From: Candidatus Peribacteria bacterium
GTDB lineage: Bacteria; Patescibacteriota; Gracilibacteria; UBA1369; UBA12463
NCBI GenBank assembly: GCA_943349045.1
Contig: CALQZC010000002.1
Coordinates: 1 to 52,398 of the forward strand
Length of the DNA: 52,398 nucleotides
Direction: 5' to 3'
The notes beneath the pieces were generated by a model, which had not been told where the DNA came from, made no database searches, and worked only from the letters and a program-made list of their open reading frames with translations. Shown piece after piece: positions 1 to 8,614 of this stretch (position 1 is its first letter; every line of letters begins with the position of its first letter). Position numbers and translations under genes: made by a program.

Positions 1-11
1 ATCGAAGATCA

Positions 12-548
12 ATGACACCGAGAGAACCAAAAGAATTTGAAGAAGAAGTTCTTCAGATTGATCGTGTGACCCGTGTGGTTGCTGGTGGTCGACGTCTTCG
101 CTTCCGAGCAACGGTCGTTATTGGAAATCGAAAAGGACGTGTCGGCATCGGACTTGGAAAGGCAGGTGAAGTCGCAATTGCGATTCAGAAAGCTATTGCC
201 AAGGCAAAGAAAAATTTGATCAATGTGCCAATTCGAAACAATACCATCCCACACGAGACGAATCAGAAATTCAAGGCTGCTATCATTATGATGAAGCCAG
301 CATCTGAAGGTACAGGTATCATCGCCGGTGGCGCTCTCCGAAAGATTCTCGATCTCGCTGGCGTCAAAAACGTCCTCAGTAAGCGATTTGGAACCACAAA
401 CAAAATTGCCAATGCACGAGCAACAATTATGGCACTCCAGAAGCTCGCACCATTTCCTCCAGAGAAAGTTGTGACCGCAGCTCCTGCGAAAGCTCCTGCA
501 GCAGTAAAGACAGAGGTCGCGTCTTCTGAAGAAGTATCAAAAGAATAA
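12..548 (+). CDS. rpsE: 30S ribosomal protein S5
   Basis: 178-aa ORF with the S5 signature VTRVVAGGRRLRFRATVVIGN..GRVGIGLGKAGEV..AI.KA. It heads the S5-L15-SecY-Adk-Map block. Its ATG overlaps a TGA at 13-15 that probably ends the upstream gene (L18). Confidence 0.95.
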   Translation: MTPREPKEFEEEVLQIDRVTRVVAGGRRLRFRATVVIGNRKGRVGIGLGKAGEVAIAIQKAIAKAKKNLINVPIRNNTIPHETNQKFKAAIIMMKPASEGTGIIAGGALRKILDLAGVKNVLSKRFGTTNKIANARATIMALQKLAPFPPEKVVTAAPAKAPAAVKTEVASSEEVSKE

Positions 549-571
549 TTCTAACGTAAACCAATTTTCCC

Positions 572-1054
572 ATGTCATCTCTTACGAATATCAAACCAGC
601 ATACGGAGCAAAAAAGACCAAGAAACGAGTTGGCCGTGGAAACGGATCTGGCCGTGGAACATTCTCAACACGAGGATGTAAAGGTCAGAAAGCGCGAAGT
701 GGTGGTAACATCGCTCCACGATTCGAAGGTGGACAGACTCCCCTCGTAAAGCGAATGCCAAAGCTCAAGGGATTCAAAAATCCAACTACCGTTCGTTTTC
801 AGGTTATCAATGTCAGCTCACTCAATGTCTTCAATGATGGTGATGCTGTTGATACGACCGCACTTTTCGAAAAAAAACTCATCAACAACAAGTCCCTCCC
901 AGTAAAAATTCTTGGCATGGGCGACCTTACGAAGAAACTCACCGTAAAAATTGATCGCGTTGCACAGTCGGCTCGTGCTAAAATTGAAGGCGCAAAGGGT
1001 TCTGTTCAGGAACTCATCTCCCGATCTGAAAAAACAGCCGCAGTAGAGGCATAA
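572..1054 (+). CDS. rplO: 50S ribosomal protein L15
   Basis: 160-aa ORF with the L15 signature KRVGRGNGSGRGTFSTRG.KGQKARSGG. It follows rpsE after a 23-nt gap that contains no L30 ORF. Confidence 0.95.
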   Translation: MSSLTNIKPAYGAKKTKKRVGRGNGSGRGTFSTRGCKGQKARSGGNIAPRFEGGQTPLVKRMPKLKGFKNPTTVRFQVINVSSLNVFNDGDAVDTTALFEKKLINNKSLPVKILGMGDLTKKLTVKIDRVAQSARAKIEGAKGSVQELISRSEKTAAVEA

Positions 1055-1104
1055 TGATTTCCTCATACTGACCCTCACTTTACACTCTTAATCTTTCCCA
1101 TTCC

Positions 1105-2403
1105 GTGACCAAATACCTCCTTCAAATCTGGAATTCACGCGATTTACGCACGAAGATTTTCTTCACGATTTTCATCGTGATCGTCTTCCGTCTTCTCAGT
1201 CAAATCAGCATCCCAGGTGCAAATCTCGATGCTATTCGAGGTATTTTCGCACAGAATCAGCTCCTCGGAGCATTCAACGTACTCACGGGTGGAAGCGCCG
1301 AAAACTTCTCCATCATCTTGATGGGCCTTTCTCCATACATTAATGCATCTATTATCATTCAGCTGCTCACGGTTATCATCCCAAGCTGGGAAGGACTCAA
1401 GAGCGAAGGTGAAATGGGGCAGCGAAAGATCAGCAAGTACACACGATGGTTGACGATTCCTCTCGCGCTTCTTCAGTCATATGGAACGATCATTCTCCTC
1501 AACACACAATCACAGGTGCCAATTATCGAGAACATGCGAGAGCCAAACGTGATTATTCCTATCATGCTCACGATTACCGCAGGAACCGTCTTGCTCATGT
1601 GGCTCGGTGAACTCATCTCAGAAAAAGGTATTGGAAACGGCATATCTATCCTCATCTTCGCGGGTATTATTACGAGCATTCCACAAGCACTGGGTGGGAA
1701 TCTCCTCGTAGCAGGCGCCAGTAACGACAAGATGATCGCCTTCATTCTCACACTCATTATTACGGTCGTCATATCTATTGTGGTTATTATGGTAACCGAG
1801 GGCCAGCGACGTATTCCAATTACCTACGCAGGACGCGGGGTTAAAACAGAAGGTAATGGAGATGCGACGCTGCCTATCCGTGTCAATCAGGCTGGAATGG
1901 TGCCAATTATCTTCGCCTTCGCGATTATCTCATTCCCAACCATCATCGCGCAGTTTCTCCAGAACGCAAAAACCGACTGGATCCAGGCAGGTGCCAAGTG
2001 GCTCATCACAAACTTCCAGACCAACTCTCTCATCTACATGTTGATCTACTTCCTCTTAAACATTCTCTTCACCTACTTCTACGTCTCGATCACCTTCAAT
2101 CCGAAGGAAGTCGCTGAGAATATTCAAAAGCGTGGTGGGTATGTTCCTGGAATTCGTCCTGGAACTCAGACCGCCGAGTACCTAGCAAAAGTATCGAGTC
2201 ATCTCAACCTCTTCGGTGGTATCTTCATCGGTCTCATCGGTGTAGCACCAATGATGTATCAATATTTCTTCCCGGGTTCGATCGGAAGCCTCCAGTCGAT
2301 CTTGAGTGGTGCGGGTATGATCATCGTCGTTGGTGTCGTTCTCGATCTGATTCGTCAGGTCAACGCCCAGCTCATCATGCACGATTATAAGAAGTTCTAT
2401 TAA
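1105..2403 (+). CDS. secY: Preprotein translocase subunit SecY
   Basis: 432-aa polytopic membrane ORF with a GTG start. It has SecY blocks (LSPYINASIIIQLL, GEMGQRKISKYTR, ISEKGIGNGISILIF) and the canonical position after rplO. Confidence 0.95.
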   Translation: MTKYLLQIWNSRDLRTKIFFTIFIVIVFRLLSQISIPGANLDAIRGIFAQNQLLGAFNVLTGGSAENFSIILMGLSPYINASIIIQLLTVIIPSWEGLKSEGEMGQRKISKYTRWLTIPLALLQSYGTIILLNTQSQVPIIENMREPNVIIPIMLTITAGTVLLMWLGELISEKGIGNGISILIFAGIITSIPQALGGNLLVAGASNDKMIAFILTLIITVVISIVVIMVTEGQRRIPITYAGRGVKTEGNGDATLPIRVNQAGMVPIIFAFAIISFPTIIAQFLQNAKTDWIQAGAKWLITNFQTNSLIYMLIYFLLNILFTYFYVSITFNPKEVAENIQKRGGYVPGIRPGTQTAEYLAKVSSHLNLFGGIFIGLIGVAPMMYQYFFPGSIGSLQSILSGAGMIIVVGVVLDLIRQVNAQLIMHDYKKFY

Positions 2404-2404
2404 C

Positions 2405-3043
2405 ATGGACATTGTATTACTCGGCATTCAGGGCTCTGGAAAAGGAACACAGAGTAAATTTTTGCAGGAGCAGTACGGGCTCGTCTACTTCGAGACGGGA
2501 CGTGAACTTCGCAAACTCTCACAAGAAGAGTCTGAACTCGGACAGAAGGTAAAGTCGATTATCGAGGCGGGTCACCTCGTTCCAAGTGAGGTGGTCATGG
2601 ATATTATCGCCGACTTCATGGGAAAACTTCCTGACGGCGCGCAGGTCTTATTCGATGGCATTCCACGAAAAAAAGACCAGGCAGAACAGTTTGAGCAGGT
2701 TCTAAAAGAGGCCAGCCGAGACTTCACCTGTGTCTATATTACCCTGGAAAAAGAGGAGGCAGTTCGACGTCTCACCACTCGACGCATCTGCGAGAAGTGC
2801 AAGTCAGTCTATCCAGCAACATTCGCGGGTGACGCTTGTGCCGCATGTGGCGGAAAGCTCATCACTCGCTCGGACGACAATCCAGAAAGTATCAACAACC
2901 GAATCAACGCATTTTTCAACGAGACAACTCCGGTCATCGAAGATTACCGCGCACGCAATATGCTCGTCGAGGTCAACGGTCAGCAGGCAATCGAAGAGGT
3001 TACTGATGAACTTTTCAGCAAGCTCGATCCACTTCTCGCCTAA
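2405..3043 (+). CDS. adk: Adenylate kinase
   Basis: P-loop GIQGSGKGTQ and a zinc-type LID (CEKC...CAACGG). The start is 1 nt after the secY stop. Confidence 0.95.
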   Translation: MDIVLLGIQGSGKGTQSKFLQEQYGLVYFETGRELRKLSQEESELGQKVKSIIEAGHLVPSEVVMDIIADFMGKLPDGAQVLFDGIPRKKDQAEQFEQVLKEASRDFTCVYITLEKEEAVRRLTTRRICEKCKSVYPATFAGDACAACGGKLITRSDDNPESINNRINAFFNETTPVIEDYRARNMLVEVNGQQAIEEVTDELFSKLDPLLA

Positions 3044-3052
3044 AACCCTTTC

Positions 3053-3850
3053 ATGAATATTAGTCACAAAACCCCGAAAGACATTGAGGCCATGCGGGAA
3101 GGAGGTGCCATTTTGGGACAGATTCTTCTCGACCTTGCGCGGATCGTTGAGCCTGGCATGACGACGATGCAGCTCGACACCAAGGCACGAGAACTGATGA
3201 AAAAATATGGTACACAGCCTTCCTTTCTCGGATACCGAGGTTTTCCAAGTGTCATCTGTACCGCTATCAACGAAGAGGTCGTCCACACCTTTCCCAGCGA
3301 GCGAGTCCTGCAGGATGGAGATCTTTTGAAAATCGACGGCGGAGTCTATCACAAAGGCTTCCATACCGACTCGGCCATCGCGGTCCCGGTGGGCCCGCTC
3401 GGCCGCGCCTCCGATACTATAAAAAAGCTCATCAAAACCGCGGAAATAGCGCTCAGTTCCGCCATCGACCTCGTCCGTCCAGACCTCCCCGTCCGTAAAA
3501 TATCAAGGATCATTCAGGAGGTCATCGAACGCAACGGCTACTCGGTTATTCGAGAGCTTTCCGGTCACGGCATCGGCAAGATGCTCCACGAAGACCCCTC
3601 GATTACCAACTACGAGGCGGACGCACCAAACTTCAATCTGAAAGCAGGCATGACGATCGCCATCGAGCCTATCTTCTGCGCCGGCAAGCCGGGGGTCAAA
3701 ACCATGGAAGATGGTTGGAATATTATCACCAAAGATCGCTCTTTTGCCGTCCAAGTCGAGCATACGATGCTCATCACCGAAACTGGCGTCGAAGTTCTCA
3801 CTCGCCGTACCGACCTCGATCCGCTGTATCCGACCCTCCTTCAAGGCTAA
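3053..3850 (+). CDS. map: Methionine aminopeptidase type I
   Basis: 265-aa ORF with MetAP blocks (LLKIDGGVYHKGFHTDSA, SGHGIGK.LHE, IAIEP, QVEHT). It has the canonical position after adk. Confidence 0.95.
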   Translation: MNISHKTPKDIEAMREGGAILGQILLDLARIVEPGMTTMQLDTKARELMKKYGTQPSFLGYRGFPSVICTAINEEVVHTFPSERVLQDGDLLKIDGGVYHKGFHTDSAIAVPVGPLGRASDTIKKLIKTAEIALSSAIDLVRPDLPVRKISRIIQEVIERNGYSVIRELSGHGIGKMLHEDPSITNYEADAPNFNLKAGMTIAIEPIFCAGKPGVKTMEDGWNIITKDRSFAVQVEHTMLITETGVEVLTRRTDLDPLYPTLLQG

Positions 3851-3927
3851 AAACCTCACTATATCCCTCAAAAAACTGGACAAAAACCCAGCTTCACGCA
3901 TATTGGGAAAAATACATTAAAATTTTC

Positions 3928-3956
3928 TTGCAATGCGAAATTCTATAGTGTAGAAT
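3928..3956 (+). promoter_or_regulatory. Candidate sigma70-type promoter for infA-rpmJ-rpsM
   Basis: TTGCAA (3928-3933), a 17-nt spacer, then TAGAAT (3951-3956). It lies about 45 nt upstream of the infA ATG in a 148-nt gap. Confidence 0.4.
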
Positions 3957-3998
3957 CCACTCGCTTTTTGTCCGTAAATCAGTGTTTTTCCCTAGATT

Positions 3999-4247
3999 AT
4001 GAGCAAAGAGGACAACTATATGGAAGTTCAGGGAGTCGTTGTTGAAACGCTACCGAACGCCCAGTTCAAGGTCAAAATTACTGGCCCAGCAACTCTACCG
4101 CAACCGTTCATTGGAAAGATCGTCCTCGCGCACATCGCCGGAAAAATGAAGATGCATTTCATCCGCATTCTCGAAGGTGACACCGTCACGATGGACTTAA
4201 GTCTCTACGATTACAACAGAGCCCGAATTACCTTCCGTAACAAATAA
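3999..4247 (+). CDS. infA: Translation initiation factor IF-1
   Basis: 82-aa S1-like OB fold ([16 protein letters not shown]...[19 protein letters not shown]...ITFR). It carries an insertion of about 10 aa ([13 protein letters not shown]) relative to the usual 72-aa IF-1. Confidence 0.9.
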   Translation: MSKEDNYMEVQGVVVETLPNAQFKVKITGPATLPQPFIGKIVLAHIAGKMKMHFIRILEGDTVTMDLSLYDYNRARITFRNK

Positions 4248-4248
4248 T

Positions 4249-4362
4249 ATGAAAGTACGATCATCCGTTAAGCCAATCTGCATTAAGTGCAAAATCATCC
4301 GAAGAAAAGGTGTCATTCGCGTGATCTGTGAAACCAAGAAACACAAACAACGACAAGGATAA
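4249..4362 (+). CDS. rpmJ: 50S ribosomal protein L36
   Basis: 37-aa [40 protein letters not shown], too short for the ORF track. It has the zinc-ribbon C..C...C..H pattern and sits between infA and rpsM. Confidence 0.9.
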   Translation: MKVRSSVKPICIKCKIIRRKGVIRVICETKKHKQRQG

Positions 4363-4364
4363 CA

Positions 4365-4393
4365 GACAAGCGTAGCTTGTCCTCCCCGCTCCC
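4365..4393 (+). repeat. Post-stop hairpin plus pyrimidine tract, copy A
   Basis: GACAAGC-GTA-GCTTGTC (7-bp stem, 3-nt loop) followed by CTCCCCGCTCCC. It starts 3 nt after the rpmJ stop. A near-identical copy lies at 9172-9203. Confidence 0.5.
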
Positions 4394-4419
4394 ACTAATT
4401 ACTCAGTAAGAAAATTCAT

Positions 4420-4794
4420 ATGGCACGTATCTCCGGAGTAAATCTTCCAAAAGAAAAGCGCGTAGAAATCGGTCTCACGTATATATACGGAATCGGAAAA
4501 GCAACGTCGACAAAAATTCTCAAAGACATGAACATCGACCTTGATAAAAAGGTTCAAGATCTTTCTGAAGAAGAGGTTAATAAACTTCGTGAAAAAATCG
4601 CCAAACTTCAGACAGAAGGTGATCTTCGTCGTAAAACCCAGATGGATATCAAGCATCTCGTTGATACCGGTACCTATCGTGGTTTCCGTCATCGAAGAGG
4701 CTTACCGGTCCGTGGACAGGGCACACGAAAGAATGCTCGAACTCGAAAGGGTAAGAAGAAGACAGTGGCAAACAAGAAGGTCGTAACTAAGTAA
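4420..4794 (+). CDS. rpsM: 30S ribosomal protein S13
   Basis: [24 protein letters not shown]...[20 protein letters not shown]. Confidence 0.95.
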   Translation: MARISGVNLPKEKRVEIGLTYIYGIGKATSTKILKDMNIDLDKKVQDLSEEEVNKLREKIAKLQTEGDLRRKTQMDIKHLVDTGTYRGFRHRRGLPVRGQGTRKNARTRKGKKKTVANKKVVTK

Positions 4795-4814
4795 TCTTAA
4801 CTCTCCCCGATCAC

Positions 4815-5276
4815 ATGGCAGAAAAGGAATTAAAAGCAAATAACACACCGAAGCGAAGCGAAGGTGCCGAACCCGTACCCGCAACGGCTGAAAAGGTGAA
4901 GGTAAAAAAGCCTAAGGGCAAGCGAAAAAGCGTTCCAGAAGGACACTTCTACGTTCACGCAGGATATAACAACACACTCATCAGCATCGCTGAACCAAGT
5001 GGTAATGTCATTGCATGGGCAAGTTCTGGCTCATGTGGATTCAAGGGAGCTCGAAAAGCAACTCCATACGCCGCTCAGGTGGCTGCAGAAACAGCATCAG
5101 AAAAAGCAAAGGCCTATGGACTTGAGCGTGTTCATGTCTTCGTAAAGGGCGGCGGCCCTGGTCGTGAACAGGCGCTTCGTGGTGTGATTCTCGCTGGAAT
5201 CTCCATCGAGTCGATCACTGATCAGACTGGCATTCCACACAACGGATGCCGAAAACCACGACATCGACGAGTCTAA
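4815..5276 (+). CDS. rpsK: 30S ribosomal protein S11 with an N-terminal extension of about 30 aa
   Basis: Core motif GHFYVHAGYNNTLISIAEPSGNVIAWASSG..GFKGARK.TPYAAQ, preceded by a Lys/Pro/Ala-rich tail. Confidence 0.93.
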   Translation: MAEKELKANNTPKRSEGAEPVPATAEKVKVKKPKGKRKSVPEGHFYVHAGYNNTLISIAEPSGNVIAWASSGSCGFKGARKATPYAAQVAAETASEKAKAYGLERVHVFVKGGGPGREQALRGVILAGISIESITDQTGIPHNGCRKPRHRRV

Positions 5277-5312
5277 TCCTCCCAAGCGAATACTTCTCTA
5301 ATTCTCTACGTA

Positions 5313-5936
5313 ATGAAATATACAGGTCCAGTTTGCAGACTTTGCCGACGAGAGGGTGAAAAACTCTACCTCAAGGGCGCACGCTGCGAAAGTCCAAAAT
5401 GTCCAATCACGAAAGGTAGACCTGCTCCAGGACAGCACGGTCTTACTTCAGCATCCTCAAAAAAATCCGAGTACGCGAAACAGATGCGAGCAAAACAGAA
5501 AGCGAAGCGAATTTTTACGCTCACAGAACGAGTATTCTCAAACTACTACCAGAAAGCAGAAAACAAGGAAGGTGTTACCGGTAATGAACTCCTCAAGATG
5601 CTCGAAAAACGTTTTGACAATGTTCTCTACCGAGCAGGCATCGCGAGTTCACGTAAGCAGGCTCGTCAGCTTATTAGTCACGGCCTCTGCAAACTCAACA
5701 GCCGGATCGTCGATATTCCATCAGTACAGGTACGAGTTGGAGATAAGTTCGAGATCAAGGACAGCCGAAAACAGGTCACGATTCTCAAAGAAGCATCAGC
5801 TCAGAAACCTACCGCACCACGTTGGATGAAGGTTGATCTCAAAAATCTCTCTGGCGAAGTCGTTGCCGAGCCAGAAAAAGATGATTTCGAGAAGACCATC
5901 GAGAGCCAGTACATCATTGAGTATTATTCTAAATAA
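5313..5936 (+). CDS. rpsD: 30S ribosomal protein S4
   Basis: MKYTGPVCRLCRREGEKLYLKG.RC zinc-type N-terminus and an S4 RNA-binding domain (RFDNVLYRAGIASSRKQARQLISHG). Confidence 0.95.
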   Translation: MKYTGPVCRLCRREGEKLYLKGARCESPKCPITKGRPAPGQHGLTSASSKKSEYAKQMRAKQKAKRIFTLTERVFSNYYQKAENKEGVTGNELLKMLEKRFDNVLYRAGIASSRKQARQLISHGLCKLNSRIVDIPSVQVRVGDKFEIKDSRKQVTILKEASAQKPTAPRWMKVDLKNLSGEVVAEPEKDDFEKTIESQYIIEYYSK

Positions 5937-6013
5937 TTTTTAGTAAAAAATTATTCCTGTCCCCGCTCCCCCGTACAATTTCTCCCTCTTTACCCTCTCT
6001 TATCCACCAACCT

Positions 6014-6988
6014 ATGCATCTCATCCAGGAAATAATTGGTATTCCAAAGATCAAAACGGTAAAGATTGCTGATAATCATGTGATTTTCACGCTGACTCCT
6101 CTACCTCCAGGTTATGGCGTTACTCTCGGTAATGCACTTCGACGTGTCCTTCTTTCTTCTATTCCTGGTGCCTGTTTAACAGGTGCAAAGATCAAGAACG
6201 TAAGCCACGAGTACTCAACGGTAAAAGGCGCAAAGGACAGCATCCTCGACATGATGTTGAACCTCAAGCTCATCGACATCAAGAAAATCTCAAAGGATCC
6301 ATCATGGATCACCCTGAACGTCAGCAAAGAAGGTGTGGTCACCGCAGCAGACATCAAGACAACATCAGACGTCGAGATCATGAACCCAGACCAGTACATC
6401 ACGACGCTCGATAAGGGCGCTGAACTGAATATGGAACTTCGTGTTGAAAAGGGCGTTGGATACGTCACCGCAAACATTCGACAACGAGAAGAGACGATCC
6501 CAAATATCATCACACTCGACTCTGTCTACTCTCCTGTCAAAAAGATCCGTTACGACGTCGAATCGACTCGTGTCGGTCAGATGACGAACCTCGACAAACT
6601 CACCCTTGAAATCAAGACGAATGGCTCAATCACGCCTGAAGATGCGATGAAGTTCTCTGCAAACATCTTGCAATCATACTTCAAACTGTTCAACGAAGAG
6701 AACATGGTCATCGAACCAGAGTTCATGAGCGACATCAACAAGATCATGACCAAGCAGCAGGAAGAAGAACAGAAGAAGCCAGCACAGGAGTCCTACACGC
6801 CAATTGAGATCCTCGGATTCTCTCCACGGACCCTCAACGCGCTCATCAATGGTGGCATCGGTTCAGTCGAACAGCTCTCACGATGCACAGAATCTAAATT
6901 GACAAATCTTCGTGGCTTCGGTAGAAAGGCTCTCGGAGAAGTTGCCGCCGCTCTCGAAACTCGCGGACTTACCTTATCAGAAGAATAA
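6014..6988 (+). CDS. rpoA: DNA-directed RNA polymerase subunit alpha
   Basis: 324-aa ORF. The N-terminal domain has LTPLPPGYGVTLGNALRRVLLSS. The C-terminal domain is helix-hairpin-helix (ILGFSPRTLNALINGGI...LRGFGRKALGEV). Confidence 0.95.
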   Translation: MHLIQEIIGIPKIKTVKIADNHVIFTLTPLPPGYGVTLGNALRRVLLSSIPGACLTGAKIKNVSHEYSTVKGAKDSILDMMLNLKLIDIKKISKDPSWITLNVSKEGVVTAADIKTTSDVEIMNPDQYITTLDKGAELNMELRVEKGVGYVTANIRQREETIPNIITLDSVYSPVKKIRYDVESTRVGQMTNLDKLTLEIKTNGSITPEDAMKFSANILQSYFKLFNEENMVIEPEFMSDINKIMTKQQEEEQKKPAQESYTPIEILGFSPRTLNALINGGIGSVEQLSRCTESKLTNLRGFGRKALGEVAAALETRGLTLSEE

Positions 6989-6997
6989 CACCATACT

Positions 6998-7354
6998 ATG
7001 CGACATCGCGTTAAAAAAACTCAAAAGCTCGGCATCGACCGAGAACACAGCACATCTATCGTTCGAAATATCGCCGTCAGTGTGATTATTAACGAAAAGG
7101 TGCAGACAACTCGACCACGAGCAAAGGCCGTTCAACCATTTGTGGAGAAACTCATTACGGTAGCCAAGAAGAACAACGTTGCCAATGCCGCTCGTCTCAT
7201 CGAGAAAGAGCTCCAGCACGTCAGTGCTTCAAAAAAGGTTATTGAAGAGCTCCTCAAGCGCTATGAAGGCCGAACCTCAGGATTCACACGACTCCTCCGA
7301 ATTGGAAACCGAAAAGGCGACAACGCTCCATTGGTACAACTTGAACTCGTATAA
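6998..7354 (+). CDS. rplQ: 50S ribosomal protein L17
   Basis: MRHRVKKTQKLGIDREH....RN......I.T...RAK..QPFVEKLIT.AK; follows rpoA. Confidence 0.93.
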   Translation: MRHRVKKTQKLGIDREHSTSIVRNIAVSVIINEKVQTTRPRAKAVQPFVEKLITVAKKNNVANAARLIEKELQHVSASKKVIEELLKRYEGRTSGFTRLLRIGNRKGDNAPLVQLELV

Positions 7355-7380
7355 CACGTTCGTATAACTCCCGACATCCC

Positions 7381-7824
7381 ATGGAAAAAGCACAAAAAAC
7401 ACACTCACCAAAAGCATCTGAAATTACACGAAAGTGGTTTCACATCGATGCTCAAGGAAAAGTACTCGGACGAGTCGCAACCAGAATTGCTGATCTCATC
7501 CGCGGCAAAAACAAGCCTTACTTCGCTCCACACGTTGACTGTGGCGACTTCGTCGTCGTCACCAACCTGGACGGTATCGTTCTTACAGGAAAGAAAGAGA
7601 CACAGAAACAGTACGCATCACACAGCGGATATCAGGGCGGTGAAAGTTTCATCACTCCAGAAGAACTTCGACGAAAGGGACAGGTAGACCGAATCCTCCT
7701 CATGGCGGTAAAAGGTATGCTTCCACGAAACAAGCTCCGCGACGAAGCTCTCTCGAAGTTAAAGATCTTCACGGGCGCAGAACATAACCACGAAGCTCAA
7801 AAACCTGTAACTATTGAACTCTAA
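7381..7824 (+). CDS. rplM: 50S ribosomal protein L13
   Basis: RKWFHIDAQGKVLGRVATRIADLIRGKNKPYFAPHVDCGDFVVV.N L13 signature. Confidence 0.95.
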   Translation: MEKAQKTHSPKASEITRKWFHIDAQGKVLGRVATRIADLIRGKNKPYFAPHVDCGDFVVVTNLDGIVLTGKKETQKQYASHSGYQGGESFITPEELRRKGQVDRILLMAVKGMLPRNKLRDEALSKLKIFTGAEHNHEAQKPVTIEL

Positions 7825-7837
7825 AATTTCACACCCT

Positions 7838-8395
7838 ATGGCAACTACCAAGAAAACTCCAGTAAAAGCAGTCGCAAAAAAGGCTCCAGCTCCCACAGCG
7901 AAGCGAAGCAAAGCTGCTGAACCCGTTCCCGCTCCCGAAGCAAAAGTCGCAAAAGCAGTCGCTCCGAAGGCTGAAAAAGTAGCTCCAAAAATTGCAACTC
8001 CAACCGGAGAGTTCTTCTACGCTGCTGGAAACCGAAAGACCTGTGTTGCCCGAGTACGTCTCTACGAAAAAGGTACTGGCCTCTTCACGGTCAACGGCAA
8101 GAAGCTCGAAGAGTATATCGTTCTCGCATCCAAGCGTGACTCAATCAAGGCTCCCCTTCGCATAACTGGTCAGCTCAAGACATTTGATATCTCAGTCGTC
8201 ACAAGCGGTGGTGGTCTCAACGGCCAAGCCGACGCGATCCGTCATGGCATCTCAAAGGCCCTTCTCGAGTTCGATCCATCTCTTCGTATCACCCTCAAAC
8301 GTGCCGGCTTCCTCACACGAGACCCACGTATGAAAGAACGAAAGAAGTACGGTCTCCACCGAGCACGACGCGCCCCACAGTGGAGCAAGCGTTAG
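7838..8395 (+). CDS. rpsI: 30S ribosomal protein S9 with an Ala/Lys/Pro-rich N-terminal extension of about 60 aa
   Basis: C-terminal S9 core (GGGLNGQADAIRHGISKAL...LTRDPRMKERKKYGL..ARRAPQWSKR). I prefer ATG 7838 because the ORF-track start at 7814 overlaps rplM by 11 nt. Either start is possible. Confidence 0.9.
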   Translation: MATTKKTPVKAVAKKAPAPTAKRSKAAEPVPAPEAKVAKAVAPKAEKVAPKIATPTGEFFYAAGNRKTCVARVRLYEKGTGLFTVNGKKLEEYIVLASKRDSIKAPLRITGQLKTFDISVVTSGGGLNGQADAIRHGISKALLEFDPSLRITLKRAGFLTRDPRMKERKKYGLHRARRAPQWSKR

Positions 8396-8416
8396 TCAGA
8401 TATTTTCACAACATTC

Positions 8417-8446
8417 AAAAGCCCCTGCAATTCCAGGGGCTTTTTT
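8417..8446 (+). terminator. Rho-independent terminator ending the ribosomal-protein operon
   Basis: GCCCCTG-CAATTC-CAGGGGC stem-loop (8421-8440) followed by TTTTTT (8441-8446), 25 nt after the rpsI stop. Confidence 0.8.
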
Positions 8447-8614
8447 GATAAAAAACTTCCATGGCAGCAACTTGCCAAAAAATGGTAGTATACGATTAGG
8501 CGTTTCGATCGTATATATAGGAAGTTGACACATTTTACAGATAAATTAATGTAAAATTCCTGTCCGGACAGAAATACTCATTACAAACTATTTAATTCTT
8601 TAATCAAGAACCGT

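Noticed and set aside
8560-8571. The 12-bp palindrome CTGTCCGGACAG upstream of the lipoprotein gene, and the 8-bp-stem hairpin TATACGAT...ATCGTATA at 8489-8515.
   Set aside because: Roughly a dozen perfect 12-bp palindromes are expected by chance in 52 kb. Nothing else supports an operator or an sRNA here.
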